DNA of 53,879 nucleotides from a virus (lineage: Duplodnaviria > Caudoviricetes): positions 1 to 53,879 of IMG/VR virus record IMGVR_UViG_3300044260_000021. The stretch is one strand, 5' to 3'. The notes under the pieces were generated by a model. It saw only the letters and a list, made by a program, of their open reading frames with translations. It did no database searches and was not told the DNA's origin. The translations under genes and the position numbers were made by a program. Of this stretch, positions 26,536-35,319 are shown piece after piece; the stretch's first letter is position 1, and each line of letters starts with the position of its first letter.

Positions 26536-26608
26536 GGCAGTAGAAAAGGCAAGGCGCCAGGGCTGACTGTAAATCGGTCCACGGCAGGTTCGATTCCTGC
26601 TGCTGCCA
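26536..26608 (+). tRNA. Atypical tRNA with GTA anticodon (Tyr) or tRNA-like element
   Basis: Acceptor GGCAGTA/TGCTGCC+A; anticodon loop CTGTAAA; T arm GCAGG-TTCGATT-CCTGC; D arm non-canonical. Confidence 0.7.
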
Positions 26609-26636
26609 CTACCACACAACTAAATAGGGGGCCGCC

Positions 26637-27185
26637 GTGGGTGATCCGCAAGCCGTCGGGCAGGTCGCCGTCATTCCCGGGGCCGATTCTTTCGTGGGCT
26701 GGGCTGTCTGCCGGATCACCGGCAGCCATTCCCGCCACATGATCGTCCGCATCAGCGCGACGCATTGTGTGTCCGCCGACGCCGAACTGAACGTCCGCCG
26801 CGTCACGGTCCGGCCCCTTACGGACTTCCCCACCGCGATCTGGTCCCGGTTCGACCTGACCCCCGGCCAGCAAGCCGCCATCACCGCCTACGCGCTCGCG
26901 CAGGTCGGCAAGCCCTACGCCTACCTGGACGACGCCCTGATAGCCGCCGAACGGATCGGCCGGTTTCGGTTCCCCGATACGATCCGGCAGCGGTTCCAAG
27001 ATGATGGGCAATGGCAGTGCGCGCAGCTGGCCGACGCCTGCCTGGCCGCCGGGGGCGTCGAAGTGTTCCGCGACGGGCGCATGATAGGTGACGTTTTCCC
27101 CGGGTCCTATGAACAGGAATTCGTGGAACGCCGCTGGTACACCGCCTGGCTGTTTCGGTCCTACCCGCTGAACTGGCACCGCTGA
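26637..27185 (+). CDS. Permuted papain-like (NlpC/P60, YiiX/YebB-type) amidase/peptidase
   Basis: N-terminal His (SHSRH), GKPY, then catalytic-type QCAQLA Cys, and a late P.G/S motif. Confidence 0.78.
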   Translation: MGDPQAVGQVAVIPGADSFVGWAVCRITGSHSRHMIVRISATHCVSADAELNVRRVTVRPLTDFPTAIWSRFDLTPGQQAAITAYALAQVGKPYAYLDDALIAAERIGRFRFPDTIRQRFQDDGQWQCAQLADACLAAGGVEVFRDGRMIGDVFPGSYEQEFVERRWYTAWLFRSYPLNWHR

Positions 27186-27384
27186 CATGGCCGCCCCCAA
27201 GCCGTTGACGGCTGACTGCCCCGTGTGCGGGGGCCTGATCGGCTGGAACCGCGCTATCGTCCCTGCACCCCAGCGGGAACCCGGCGCGGCCCCGTTCGTC
27301 GTCCTGGTCAGCCTTGACGACCTTTCACCCCGCCGACACCGCGGCTGCGGCATCATGCCGACTGCATCATAAGGAGCGCGCCTA

Positions 27385-28923
27385 ATGGGCATCGACTGGG
27401 CAGAAATCGCGGCCCGGACATTCGAAGCCCCGGCCGAACCTGAACGGACCGTCTGGGAAACCCCCGGGCAGCTGGCGCAGGCCCTGAACCCGAACACGAA
27501 ACAGACCGAAGCGTTGGACCTGATCGACGCCGAACTGGTCCGGGCATTCAACACGCCGAACTCCCGGCTGATCGTGTCCATGCCCCCGCAAGAGGGCAAG
27601 TCCACCCGCTGCGGCATCATGTTTCCGCTCTGGGCGCTGACGCAGGACCCCGACAAGCGCATAGCCATGACCTCGTTTTCGGACCGGCTGGCACGGCGTA
27701 ACAGCCGCGACATCATGAACCTGATCAAGTCCGACGGCGACATGCTGGGCCTTGCCATTTCCCGGGACGTGGGCAGTCAGACCGAATGGAAGGTAGACGG
27801 CCACATTGGGGGCGTCTACGCCGCGTCGGTCGGCGGCCCGCTGACCGGCCAGCCCGCTGACATGGTGATTATTGACGACCCCCACAAGGGCGCCAAAGAG
27901 GCCGACAGCGAACTGCAGCGGCAGGACGTGTGGGACTGGTGGACTTCCACTGTCCGCACCCGACTGTCCCCCGGCGCGTCGGTAATCCTGATCCTGACCC
28001 GGTGGCACGAAGACGACCTGGCGGGCCGGTTCATCAACGCCGAAGACGGGCACCAGTGGCGTGTCGTGAATATCCCGGCCGTGGCCGACCACGACCCGGA
28101 AAAAGGCGAAACGGACCCGCTCGGGCGCGAACCCGGGCAGGGCCTGAACTCGGCCCGTGGCGAACGTGACTGGAACGCCACCCGCGTGGCCGTCGGTTCC
28201 CGCACCTGGAACGCGCTCTACCAGGGCCGCCCCGCACCGTCTGAGGGCGGTCTGTTCAAACGGTCGGACTGGAAGTTCTACGAACACCCGCTATGGGTCG
28301 AAGTGGACGGCGTGCGCACGACCACGGGCGATTCCGACGTGCTGGTCATGTCGTGGGACATGACGTTCAAAAGCACGCAAAAGTCCGACTACGTGGTGGG
28401 CCAGGTATGGCTGCACCGCGGCGCGAACGTGTACCTGCTGGACCAGATACGCAAGCGCATGACGTTCACCGAATCCCTGGCCGCCGTCAAATTGCTGGTG
28501 GCCCGGTGGCCGCAGTGCGCCATCAAGCTGGTGGAAGACAAGGCCAACGGCACCGCAGTTATGGACATGTTGAAACCGGAAATGCCCGGCCTGATCCCCG
28601 TCACCCCGCACGAGTCCAAAGAGGCCCGCGCCGCTGCCGTGTCCCCGTTTGTGGAGGCCGGGAACGTGTGGCTGCCTGACGTGAAACTGGCCCCGTGGGT
28701 CGCTGCCCTGGTGGACGAAGCCGCGGCGTTCCCCAACGGCGCCCACGACGACCAGGTGGACGGCATGACACAGGCCCTGCAGCGAATGCTGGTCCGCGCC
28801 GGTCAGGGCGCGGCGTTCATGTCCGCCATGAAAGCCGCCGCCGAAAAGAACGGCATCACCATTTCGAACCACACCCGCAACTGGCGCGAACGCGCCGCAG
28901 CCCTCAAACAGAACGGAAGGTGA
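27385..28923 (+). CDS. terL: Terminase large subunit
   Basis: SMPPQEGKS; IIDDPHK; LTRWHEDDL; LYQGRP; SWDMTFK; VEDKANG; HDDQVD. Confidence 0.96.
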   Translation: MGIDWAEIAARTFEAPAEPERTVWETPGQLAQALNPNTKQTEALDLIDAELVRAFNTPNSRLIVSMPPQEGKSTRCGIMFPLWALTQDPDKRIAMTSFSDRLARRNSRDIMNLIKSDGDMLGLAISRDVGSQTEWKVDGHIGGVYAASVGGPLTGQPADMVIIDDPHKGAKEADSELQRQDVWDWWTSTVRTRLSPGASVILILTRWHEDDLAGRFINAEDGHQWRVVNIPAVADHDPEKGETDPLGREPGQGLNSARGERDWNATRVAVGSRTWNALYQGRPAPSEGGLFKRSDWKFYEHPLWVEVDGVRTTTGDSDVLVMSWDMTFKSTQKSDYVVGQVWLHRGANVYLLDQIRKRMTFTESLAAVKLLVARWPQCAIKLVEDKANGTAVMDMLKPEMPGLIPVTPHESKEARAAAVSPFVEAGNVWLPDVKLAPWVAALVDEAAAFPNGAHDDQVDGMTQALQRMLVRAGQGAAFMSAMKAAAEKNGITISNHTRNWRERAAALKQNGR

Positions 28924-28927
28924 AACC

Positions 28928-31513
28928 TTGGGCCTGCTTGACATCTTCCGTAGCGCCAGCCTCACCCGCACGGCCGCACGGACCCCCGCCCCGATCGAAG
29001 GCGCCCTTGCCGATTCCGGCATGGGTAACGGGGCGTTCCTGGGACCGGGCCGCCCGCTGTCCCCCACGCAGGGCTACAGCGGCGTGGCCCGCCGGAACGA
29101 CTACCCGGTGGGCGGCAACATTGCCGTCAACGCACGGGCAGCCTACGGCCGCACCAGCTGGGACGTGCTGCGCGAACTGATCCGCGCCTACGGCGTGGCG
29201 CAGGACTGCAAGAACAAGAAAATTGACGAAATCCGTTCCATGGAACTGCTGTTCACCCCCATGGACGGCGCCACGGGCGACACGAAAATGGCTGTGGAAG
29301 CCGCGCGGGCCGCGCTGGCGTTCCCGGACCGCGAACACCCGTATCAGGAATGGGTGGCGCTCTGGCTGGAAAACATGCTGACGTTCGACGCCGGGCCGCT
29401 GAAATACCGGCGGAACATGAACGGCGACGTGATCGGCCTGGAAGTGATCGACGGCCCGACGATCGCCCCGTATGTGGACGAACACGGCCGCCGTCCGAAG
29501 GCCCCGGCCCCGGCGTTCGCGCAGGTGATCAAAGGCCAGGTCTTCCAGTGGTTCACTGACGAAGACCTGCTTTACACCCGGTTCCGTCCGCAGACGGACA
29601 GCCCGTTCGGCATGGCCCCGCTGGAATCCATTCTGGTGTCCATCAACACGGACATGCGTTACCAGTGGCACCTGCTGCAAATGTTCACCGAAGGGTCCAT
29701 TCCCGGCGGTTTCATGGAAGTGCCGCCGGACATGTCCAGCCCGGACCAGGTGGCCGAATGGCAGGACTACTGGGACGCTCTCTACACGGGCGACCAGGCC
29801 ATTACGCACAAGATGATCGCCGTCCCGAACCAGTCGAAGTTCACCGGCACCACCCCGGCCGCGTTCGATAAGGCGTTCCCCGAATACCTCGCCGTGCAGG
29901 TCTGCCGCGCGTTCGGCGTCGTCCCGTCCGACATCGGCATTTTGTCCGACGTGAACCGGGCCACGGGCGAGACGCAGACAGACACACAGTTCCGCGTGAA
30001 CACGCTGCCGTGGGTCCAGTTCGTGCAGACCATCCTGACGCACTACGTGCAGAAGGGCCTGGGCCTGCCGGTCGAAGTCCGGCTGAACACCGGCCGCGAA
30101 AAAGAAGACCGCCTGGCGGACGCCCAAGTGTGGAAGATCGCAGTGGAAACCGGCCTGGTGTCCATGGACGAAGCCCGGGAAGAACTGTTCGGCCTGCCGA
30201 CAGACAACCAGCGGCCGGTCCCGCGCGGCATTCTCCACCCCCGCGTCGGATTCATCCCGCTGGAATCGCTGCTGAACGTCGCCGGACCGATCGACCCGGA
30301 AACGAAAGCCCCGGACGACACCGTGCCGCTGGACGAACAACCGTTCAGCGGAACACCCGGTGTCCTGCCGGACAAGCTGCCGGGCCAGCCCGCGCTGCAC
30401 CGTGCACCGATCGACCCGGACGAACCCCAGTTCCCCGAACTGGAAGGCGCGCAGCCGGGAACGGGCACGGTCCTGCCACCGGCCCCGGCCGACGGCGAAA
30501 AGGACGCCCCCACCGTCGCCAAAGAACTGGCGAAGTGGCGGGCATCGTCCCGGCAGCGGATCAAGCGCGGCGCCCCGGTTCGGAAATTCGAATCTGACGT
30601 GATCCCGGACGCCGTTATTCAGTCCGTGTGGGCTGATCTTCGAAAGTCAGCCACCGCCGCGGACGTGGACGCGGCGTTTGCGAAGGCGGACACGGCGGCG
30701 GGGGCTGATGCTGGCCCAAAAGCCCCGGCCGCTGGTACGCCTAAGCCCTCGTGGCGGGACTTGCCAGCGGTGACAGCGCCGCAGCACAGCGTGGACCTGC
30801 AGCTGACGGACCACTGGACCCCCAAGGTTCAGGACGCCATTACCCGGCTGTGGTCTGAGTCCGACCTGACGGCGGCCACGTCGGCCGCTGACGGGCTGGG
30901 CGACGTGGCGCTGGGCGTTTACCGCCGGGTGGCCCGCGAAACCCTGCTGGACCGCATGGACGCGTCCGCGCTTGACGGCGTGATCCGGTCCGCGTGGGCC
31001 GACGCCTACAACGTCGGCACCATGGCCGCGCAGGTCCAGATGGGCGCCGTCCCGACCGGCTGGGACACGTGGAAGCCTGGCTTCGCGAACCCGGACATGA
31101 TCACGGGCGGCGGCGGCTGGCAGGCCGCACTGGATAACGCCGGAATCCGCCTGGCGGGCATCACGGACACGACCATGGACCGGCTGACGGCCGCCATTGA
31201 AAAGGGCGTCGTGGCCGGTGATTCCGTGGACGGACTCGCCAAGTCGCTGAACACGATCCTGGACGACCCGAACCGGGCCGAACTGATCGCGCACACCGAA
31301 ACCGCCCGGCTGGTCACGAACGCGGCCATGGACCAATACGCGGCCATGGGCATAAAGCAGTGGGACCTGGTGGTATCCGCCGGGGTCTGCCCGATCTGCA
31401 GCGACATCGCCATGAACAACCCGCACACCGTGGGCGACAGCGACAGCAAGCCGCCCATTCACCCGCGCTGCCGCTGCGCAGCCGCCCCGCACATCGAAGG
31501 AAACACCCCATGA
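28928..31513 (+). CDS. Portal protein fused to a MuF-like minor head domain
   Basis: Portal motifs (IDGPTI, PFGMAPLE, CRAFGVVPSDIG...VNRATGE); C-terminal RAELIAHTETAR...VCPIC...PPIHPRCRC. Confidence 0.88.
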   Translation: MGLLDIFRSASLTRTAARTPAPIEGALADSGMGNGAFLGPGRPLSPTQGYSGVARRNDYPVGGNIAVNARAAYGRTSWDVLRELIRAYGVAQDCKNKKIDEIRSMELLFTPMDGATGDTKMAVEAARAALAFPDREHPYQEWVALWLENMLTFDAGPLKYRRNMNGDVIGLEVIDGPTIAPYVDEHGRRPKAPAPAFAQVIKGQVFQWFTDEDLLYTRFRPQTDSPFGMAPLESILVSINTDMRYQWHLLQMFTEGSIPGGFMEVPPDMSSPDQVAEWQDYWDALYTGDQAITHKMIAVPNQSKFTGTTPAAFDKAFPEYLAVQVCRAFGVVPSDIGILSDVNRATGETQTDTQFRVNTLPWVQFVQTILTHYVQKGLGLPVEVRLNTGREKEDRLADAQVWKIAVETGLVSMDEAREELFGLPTDNQRPVPRGILHPRVGFIPLESLLNVAGPIDPETKAPDDTVPLDEQPFSGTPGVLPDKLPGQPALHRAPIDPDEPQFPELEGAQPGTGTVLPPAPADGEKDAPTVAKELAKWRASSRQRIKRGAPVRKFESDVIPDAVIQSVWADLRKSATAADVDAAFAKADTAAGADAGPKAPAAGTPKPSWRDLPAVTAPQHSVDLQLTDHWTPKVQDAITRLWSESDLTAATSAADGLGDVALGVYRRVARETLLDRMDASALDGVIRSAWADAYNVGTMAAQVQMGAVPTGWDTWKPGFANPDMITGGGGWQAALDNAGIRLAGITDTTMDRLTAAIEKGVVAGDSVDGLAKSLNTILDDPNRAELIAHTETARLVTNAAMDQYAAMGIKQWDLVVSAGVCPICSDIAMNNPHTVGDSDSKPPIHPRCRCAAAPHIEGNTP

Positions 31514-31890
31514 CTGACCAGCCGCAGCGGTTCGTCCTAGGCATCGCCTACCAGGCGGGCCGTGATCCGCGCATTGCCAAGGGCGCCGACGGTGCCCGGG
31601 ACTTTTTCACGGCCGCCGAACTTGAAAAGGCCGCCCATTCGTTCCTGCGGTCCGGCCCCGCCGTCGGGCTGTTCCACATGGACGGCACCGAAGGCCACGC
31701 CACCGTCGTGGAGTCCTACATTCACCGCGGCCCGGACTGGGAAGTTAGCCCCGGGGTCGTGGTCAAGGCGGGCGACTGGCTGGTGGGGGCCGTCCTGGAC
31801 GAACCCGCCTGGGAAATGTACGAAAACGGCAAGATCACCGGCTGGTCCCCGCAGGGGTCCGCGACCCGACTTAGGAGCATCACATCATGA
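31510..31890 (+). CDS. XkdF-like capsid maturation protease
   Basis: LGIAY...D......ELEKAAH.F...H....VVESY...GDWLVG...WE....GKITGWSPQG. Confidence 0.82.
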   Translation: MTDQPQRFVLGIAYQAGRDPRIAKGADGARDFFTAAELEKAAHSFLRSGPAVGLFHMDGTEGHATVVESYIHRGPDWEVSPGVVVKAGDWLVGAVLDEPAWEMYENGKITGWSPQGSATRLRSITS

Positions 31891-33200
31891 CAAACCCCAT
31901 CCCCGCTGACGTGGCGGACATGTCCGAACTGGTGGACGCGACCATTCCGCGCGTCGATCTGGTCGGCCAGGCAGCGAACGGCCACCGCTTCCTGCTGGCG
32001 AAGTCCGCCGACGAACCGCAGAACCTGGTCCCGGCCGACACTGTGCGCGGCCTGATCGCGAAGGCCGACGACGAAGCCGCGGAACCGGCCGACATTGACC
32101 TGACCGAACCGCTGGCCGACGGCGACGGCACCGGCAAGGATTCCAGCGAAACCGACCCCGGCAGTGCCGCGTGGGAAGCCGTGGACGCCGCGACCGCCCG
32201 GAAGTGGACCGCCGTTCTGCAGCGCGCCCAGCACGCCCTGGAAACCCTCGCTGCCCGTGAGAGTACCGAAGCGGCCGTGTCCGGCGACTGGGACGACCAG
32301 AGCAATGCCTACGACCTGGAAGACGCGGCGTCCGCCGTGGACTACGCCATTTCCGTGCTGGCGCCGTTCGCCGTGTCCGAACAGTTCGAAGCCGAAATGG
32401 CCGCCGAACTGGTCGGCAAGGCCGTGGCCGGGCTGGACCTCGCCGCCCTGGACACCGTGGAAGCCCTGGCCCCGATCGCGAAGGCCGGGCGCAGCCTGTC
32501 CAGCGCGAACGAAGCCGCCCTGCGGTCCGCCGCAGAAGCCATTCAGAAGGTGCTGGCATCCCTGCCCGCGGCCCCTGACGAACTCACGAAGGAGGCCCCC
32601 GTGGCTGACATCAAACCCGCCGCTGTGGAAAAGGCCGACGCCCTGGTGGCGGTCTACACCCAAGACGGCGAACTGCTGGGCGCTGTAAACCCGGCAGACC
32701 TGACCGAACTTTCCACCGGAAAGCCCGCCCCCGAGGCCGCTGATGATGCAGCGGCAGCGGACGCGGGCGACGGTGGGGACGCCGGGACCGACGCGGCGGC
32801 AGCTGACGCCCAGACGATCCCCGGCACAAACACCGTCCAGTCGCCCCCGGCGGCTGACGACGGAACGGACGTTACGAAGGCAACCGTCGACGCCGTAGCC
32901 ATCGCGCTCAAAGAGGTCTTTGCCCCCATCGTCAAGCAGCTGGCCGACCATGCGCAGCTGGGCGAAGTGGTCAAGGGCCTGCAGGACCGCGTGGAGGCGT
33001 TTGGGCGTCAGCCTGACGACCGCACCAGCCCGCTGCTGAACGGCGGCACCGGAGTATCCGGGCTTGCCAGCCGCGACGGGCACGTGGCCGACCCGCTGGC
33101 CGATCTGAAAAAGGCCGTGGAAGCCGCGACGACCCCGGACGCCATCACAAAGGCGAAATCCGAACTGGCTTACGCCGAAATCCGTTCGCGCTTCCTGTAA
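31887..33200 (+). CDS. Scaffolding protein (possible nested start at 32601)
   Basis: RVDLVGQAANG N-terminus; acidic and Ala-rich; lies between protease and capsid. Confidence 0.75.
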   Translation: MTNPIPADVADMSELVDATIPRVDLVGQAANGHRFLLAKSADEPQNLVPADTVRGLIAKADDEAAEPADIDLTEPLADGDGTGKDSSETDPGSAAWEAVDAATARKWTAVLQRAQHALETLAARESTEAAVSGDWDDQSNAYDLEDAASAVDYAISVLAPFAVSEQFEAEMAAELVGKAVAGLDLAALDTVEALAPIAKAGRSLSSANEAALRSAAEAIQKVLASLPAAPDELTKEAPVADIKPAAVEKADALVAVYTQDGELLGAVNPADLTELSTGKPAPEAADDAAAADAGDGGDAGTDAAAADAQTIPGTNTVQSPPAADDGTDVTKATVDAVAIALKEVFAPIVKQLADHAQLGEVVKGLQDRVEAFGRQPDDRTSPLLNGGTGVSGLASRDGHVADPLADLKKAVEAATTPDAITKAKSELAYAEIRSRFL

Positions 33201-33285
33201 TACCGGCCCCCAACTAAACCCCCAAACACCGCCACGCCCGCATGAATGAACGCGGGCACTTCGGCATGTCAAGAAAGGTTCCCCC

Positions 33286-34752
33286 GTGGACAACTCCCAG
33301 ATCAGCGCCCAGACGCTGGACATGATCAAAAAGGCCACCGCGACCGCTGGCGTGAACAGCGCGTCGGGCCTGACCGGCATCGACCTTGCGGGCCTTATCA
33401 GCCTTATCCCGGTCGTCACCCCGTTCTACGACTCCCTGGCCCGGTCCACCCCGACCATGGGCGGCAAGTTCGCGGAATGGAAGGCGCTGCTGAACGTCAA
33501 CAACACGCAGCCCGACCCGTCCACCGCGTTTGACCAGGCCGCGGCGATCGTGAACCTGCAGGAACAGGACGTGGCCGCGTACTACGGCAAGGTCGGCGCC
33601 GGTTACACCGTGACCATGGACTCGATCGACTTTGGCAAGGGCTACGCCGACGCCAAGAGCGTCGCGATCTTCAACGCGCTGAACCAGTACAAGATCGGCA
33701 TGGACAAGAAGGCCCTTGGAGGCCAGAACTTCGCCCTGCCGACCCCCGGCACCCCCGCTGTTACCCCGTCCGCTACCGGCGGCACCATCGCGGGCGGCAC
33801 CGCCGTACCCGTCAAGGTCGCTGCCCGCACCGGGTCGAACTACAACTACGGCGGGTCCACCGTCGCGTCGGCGCAGGGGTCCGCTACCACGTCCACCACG
33901 GGCGCGACGAACTCCGCTGTCGCCACCGTCGCGTTCGTCCCGGGCGCCGTCGCTTACGACTGGTACGTGAACGGTTTCTACTACACCACCACGACCGTGA
34001 ACAAGGTCACTATCACGGCCATTCCGACCGCGAACCAGGCCGTGCCGTCCAACCTGCCGGGCCTGTACTCCGTGGCCCCCACGTCGGTTCCTGCCGTGGA
34101 TTCGTCCGCGAAGCCGAACGACTTCAACGGCCTGCTTGCCACCCTCGCGGGTGACTACGCAACCGGCGGCGCCCTGGGCCTGGTCCAGCGCGGGTCCGGC
34201 CTGAACTCGGGCGCGTCGTTCACGTCCCTGGACGGCAACCCGTTCACCGTGTCCGGCCAGTCCGTCAAGGAACTTGACGCGCTGAACCTGAATATCTGGA
34301 ACGCCGTCAACCTGTCCCCGACCGCCTACATGGTGTCCGCGCAGGAGGCGTCCAGCATTTCGTCCGCGATCCTGAACAGCGCAGGCGGCGGCACCACGTT
34401 CTACGCCCCGAACAACCCGGCAGAGCGCGAAGGCGCAATTGCCGGTGGCTTCATCGGCTGGTACGTCAACAAGGCTGCCGGTGGCGTCCCGGTCAAGATC
34501 GAAGTTCAGCCGAACCTCACCCCCGGCACCGTCATTGCCCGCACCGACCGCGTGCCGTTCCCGAACAGCAACATCACCAACACGCTGGAACTTCGCAACC
34601 TGCACGACGTGCAGGACCACGAATACCCGGCAGCCCGCGTAGCGGGTGCTGGTGGCGGTCCGCGCTTCGACGGCGAAACCTACTCCCTGTCCACGCTGGC
34701 GAACCGCGCCCCCGTGACCATGGGTGTTATCCAGAACATCGCCGCCAGCTAA
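33286..34752 (+). CDS. Major capsid protein with Thr/Ser-rich Ig/FN3-like insertion
   Basis: Position, strong codon bias, GAAAGG RBS, downstream hairpin; beta-rich insertion LPTPGTP...GAVAYDWYV. Confidence 0.85.
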   Translation: MDNSQISAQTLDMIKKATATAGVNSASGLTGIDLAGLISLIPVVTPFYDSLARSTPTMGGKFAEWKALLNVNNTQPDPSTAFDQAAAIVNLQEQDVAAYYGKVGAGYTVTMDSIDFGKGYADAKSVAIFNALNQYKIGMDKKALGGQNFALPTPGTPAVTPSATGGTIAGGTAVPVKVAARTGSNYNYGGSTVASAQGSATTSTTGATNSAVATVAFVPGAVAYDWYVNGFYYTTTTVNKVTITAIPTANQAVPSNLPGLYSVAPTSVPAVDSSAKPNDFNGLLATLAGDYATGGALGLVQRGSGLNSGASFTSLDGNPFTVSGQSVKELDALNLNIWNAVNLSPTAYMVSAQEASSISSAILNSAGGGTTFYAPNNPAEREGAIAGGFIGWYVNKAAGGVPVKIEVQPNLTPGTVIARTDRVPFPNSNITNTLELRNLHDVQDHEYPAARVAGAGGGPRFDGETYSLSTLANRAPVTMGVIQNIAAS

Positions 34753-34770
34753 CTGGCCGCGTGACTGACC

Positions 34771-34810
34771 GCATGCCCCCCGCTGACCCCTGCAGCGGCG
34801 GGGGGCATGC
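34771..34810 (+). terminator. Strong hairpin after the capsid gene
   Basis: GCATGCCCCCCGC...GCGGGGGGCATGC. Confidence 0.55.
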
Positions 34811-34833
34811 CCCACCCCGTAGGAGAAAAGCTA

Positions 34834-35319
34834 ATGCGCGTCGTCGTGCCCTACACGCACCTGCACCCCCAAACGTCCCGGCTGCTGGCCGACCACCTGC
34901 CGGACCACCACCTGGCCCCCCTGAACCCGAACGACCCCACCGCCTACGCCCGCCTGCTGACGGACGAATGGGCGCGGCCCGGCGACCTGCTGGTGGTCGA
35001 ACACGACATCGGCGTGCACGACGGCGTGCTGCCCGGTTTCACCGCCTGCCCTCACCTGTGGTGCGGGTACGCCTACAACATCGCCGGGCGCCTGCTGGCC
35101 TGCCTGGGCTGCACCCGGTTCCGCGCCGAACTGAAAACGGCCGAACCGGACCTGTTCGCCGCGGCTAACCGGATCGAAAACGACGGCCTGCCCGCCATGG
35201 ACTGGCACCGGCTGGACGTGCGCCTGGACGGTGAACTGCGCGTCCGCGGCTACACCATGCACGTGCACGAACCGCCCGTGGCCCATTACCACCACTACCC
35301 GGAACAGGTGAGCGCATGA
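34834..35319 (+). CDS. Minimal GT-A-fold glycosyltransferase-like protein
   Basis: AGGAG RBS; MRVVVPY first strand, LLVVEHD (DxD-like), LGCTRF, WHRLD, C-terminal H.H..VAH. Confidence 0.55.
   Translation: MRVVVPYTHLHPQTSRLLADHLPDHHLAPLNPNDPTAYARLLTDEWARPGDLLVVEHDIGVHDGVLPGFTACPHLWCGYAYNIAGRLLACLGCTRFRAELKTAEPDLFAAANRIENDGLPAMDWHRLDVRLDGELRVRGYTMHVHEPPVAHYHHYPEQVSA

Noticed and set aside
26536-26608. tRNA as the attP core or a stop-codon suppressor
   Set aside because: It is far from int and the arm repeats, the anticodon is GTA rather than CTA, and genes show no in-frame stops suggesting recoding.
27187-27372. Possible small gene or TerS just before terL
   Set aside because: A 61-aa CPVC-containing ORF with no clear RBS or TerS features; it may be real but cannot be assigned.
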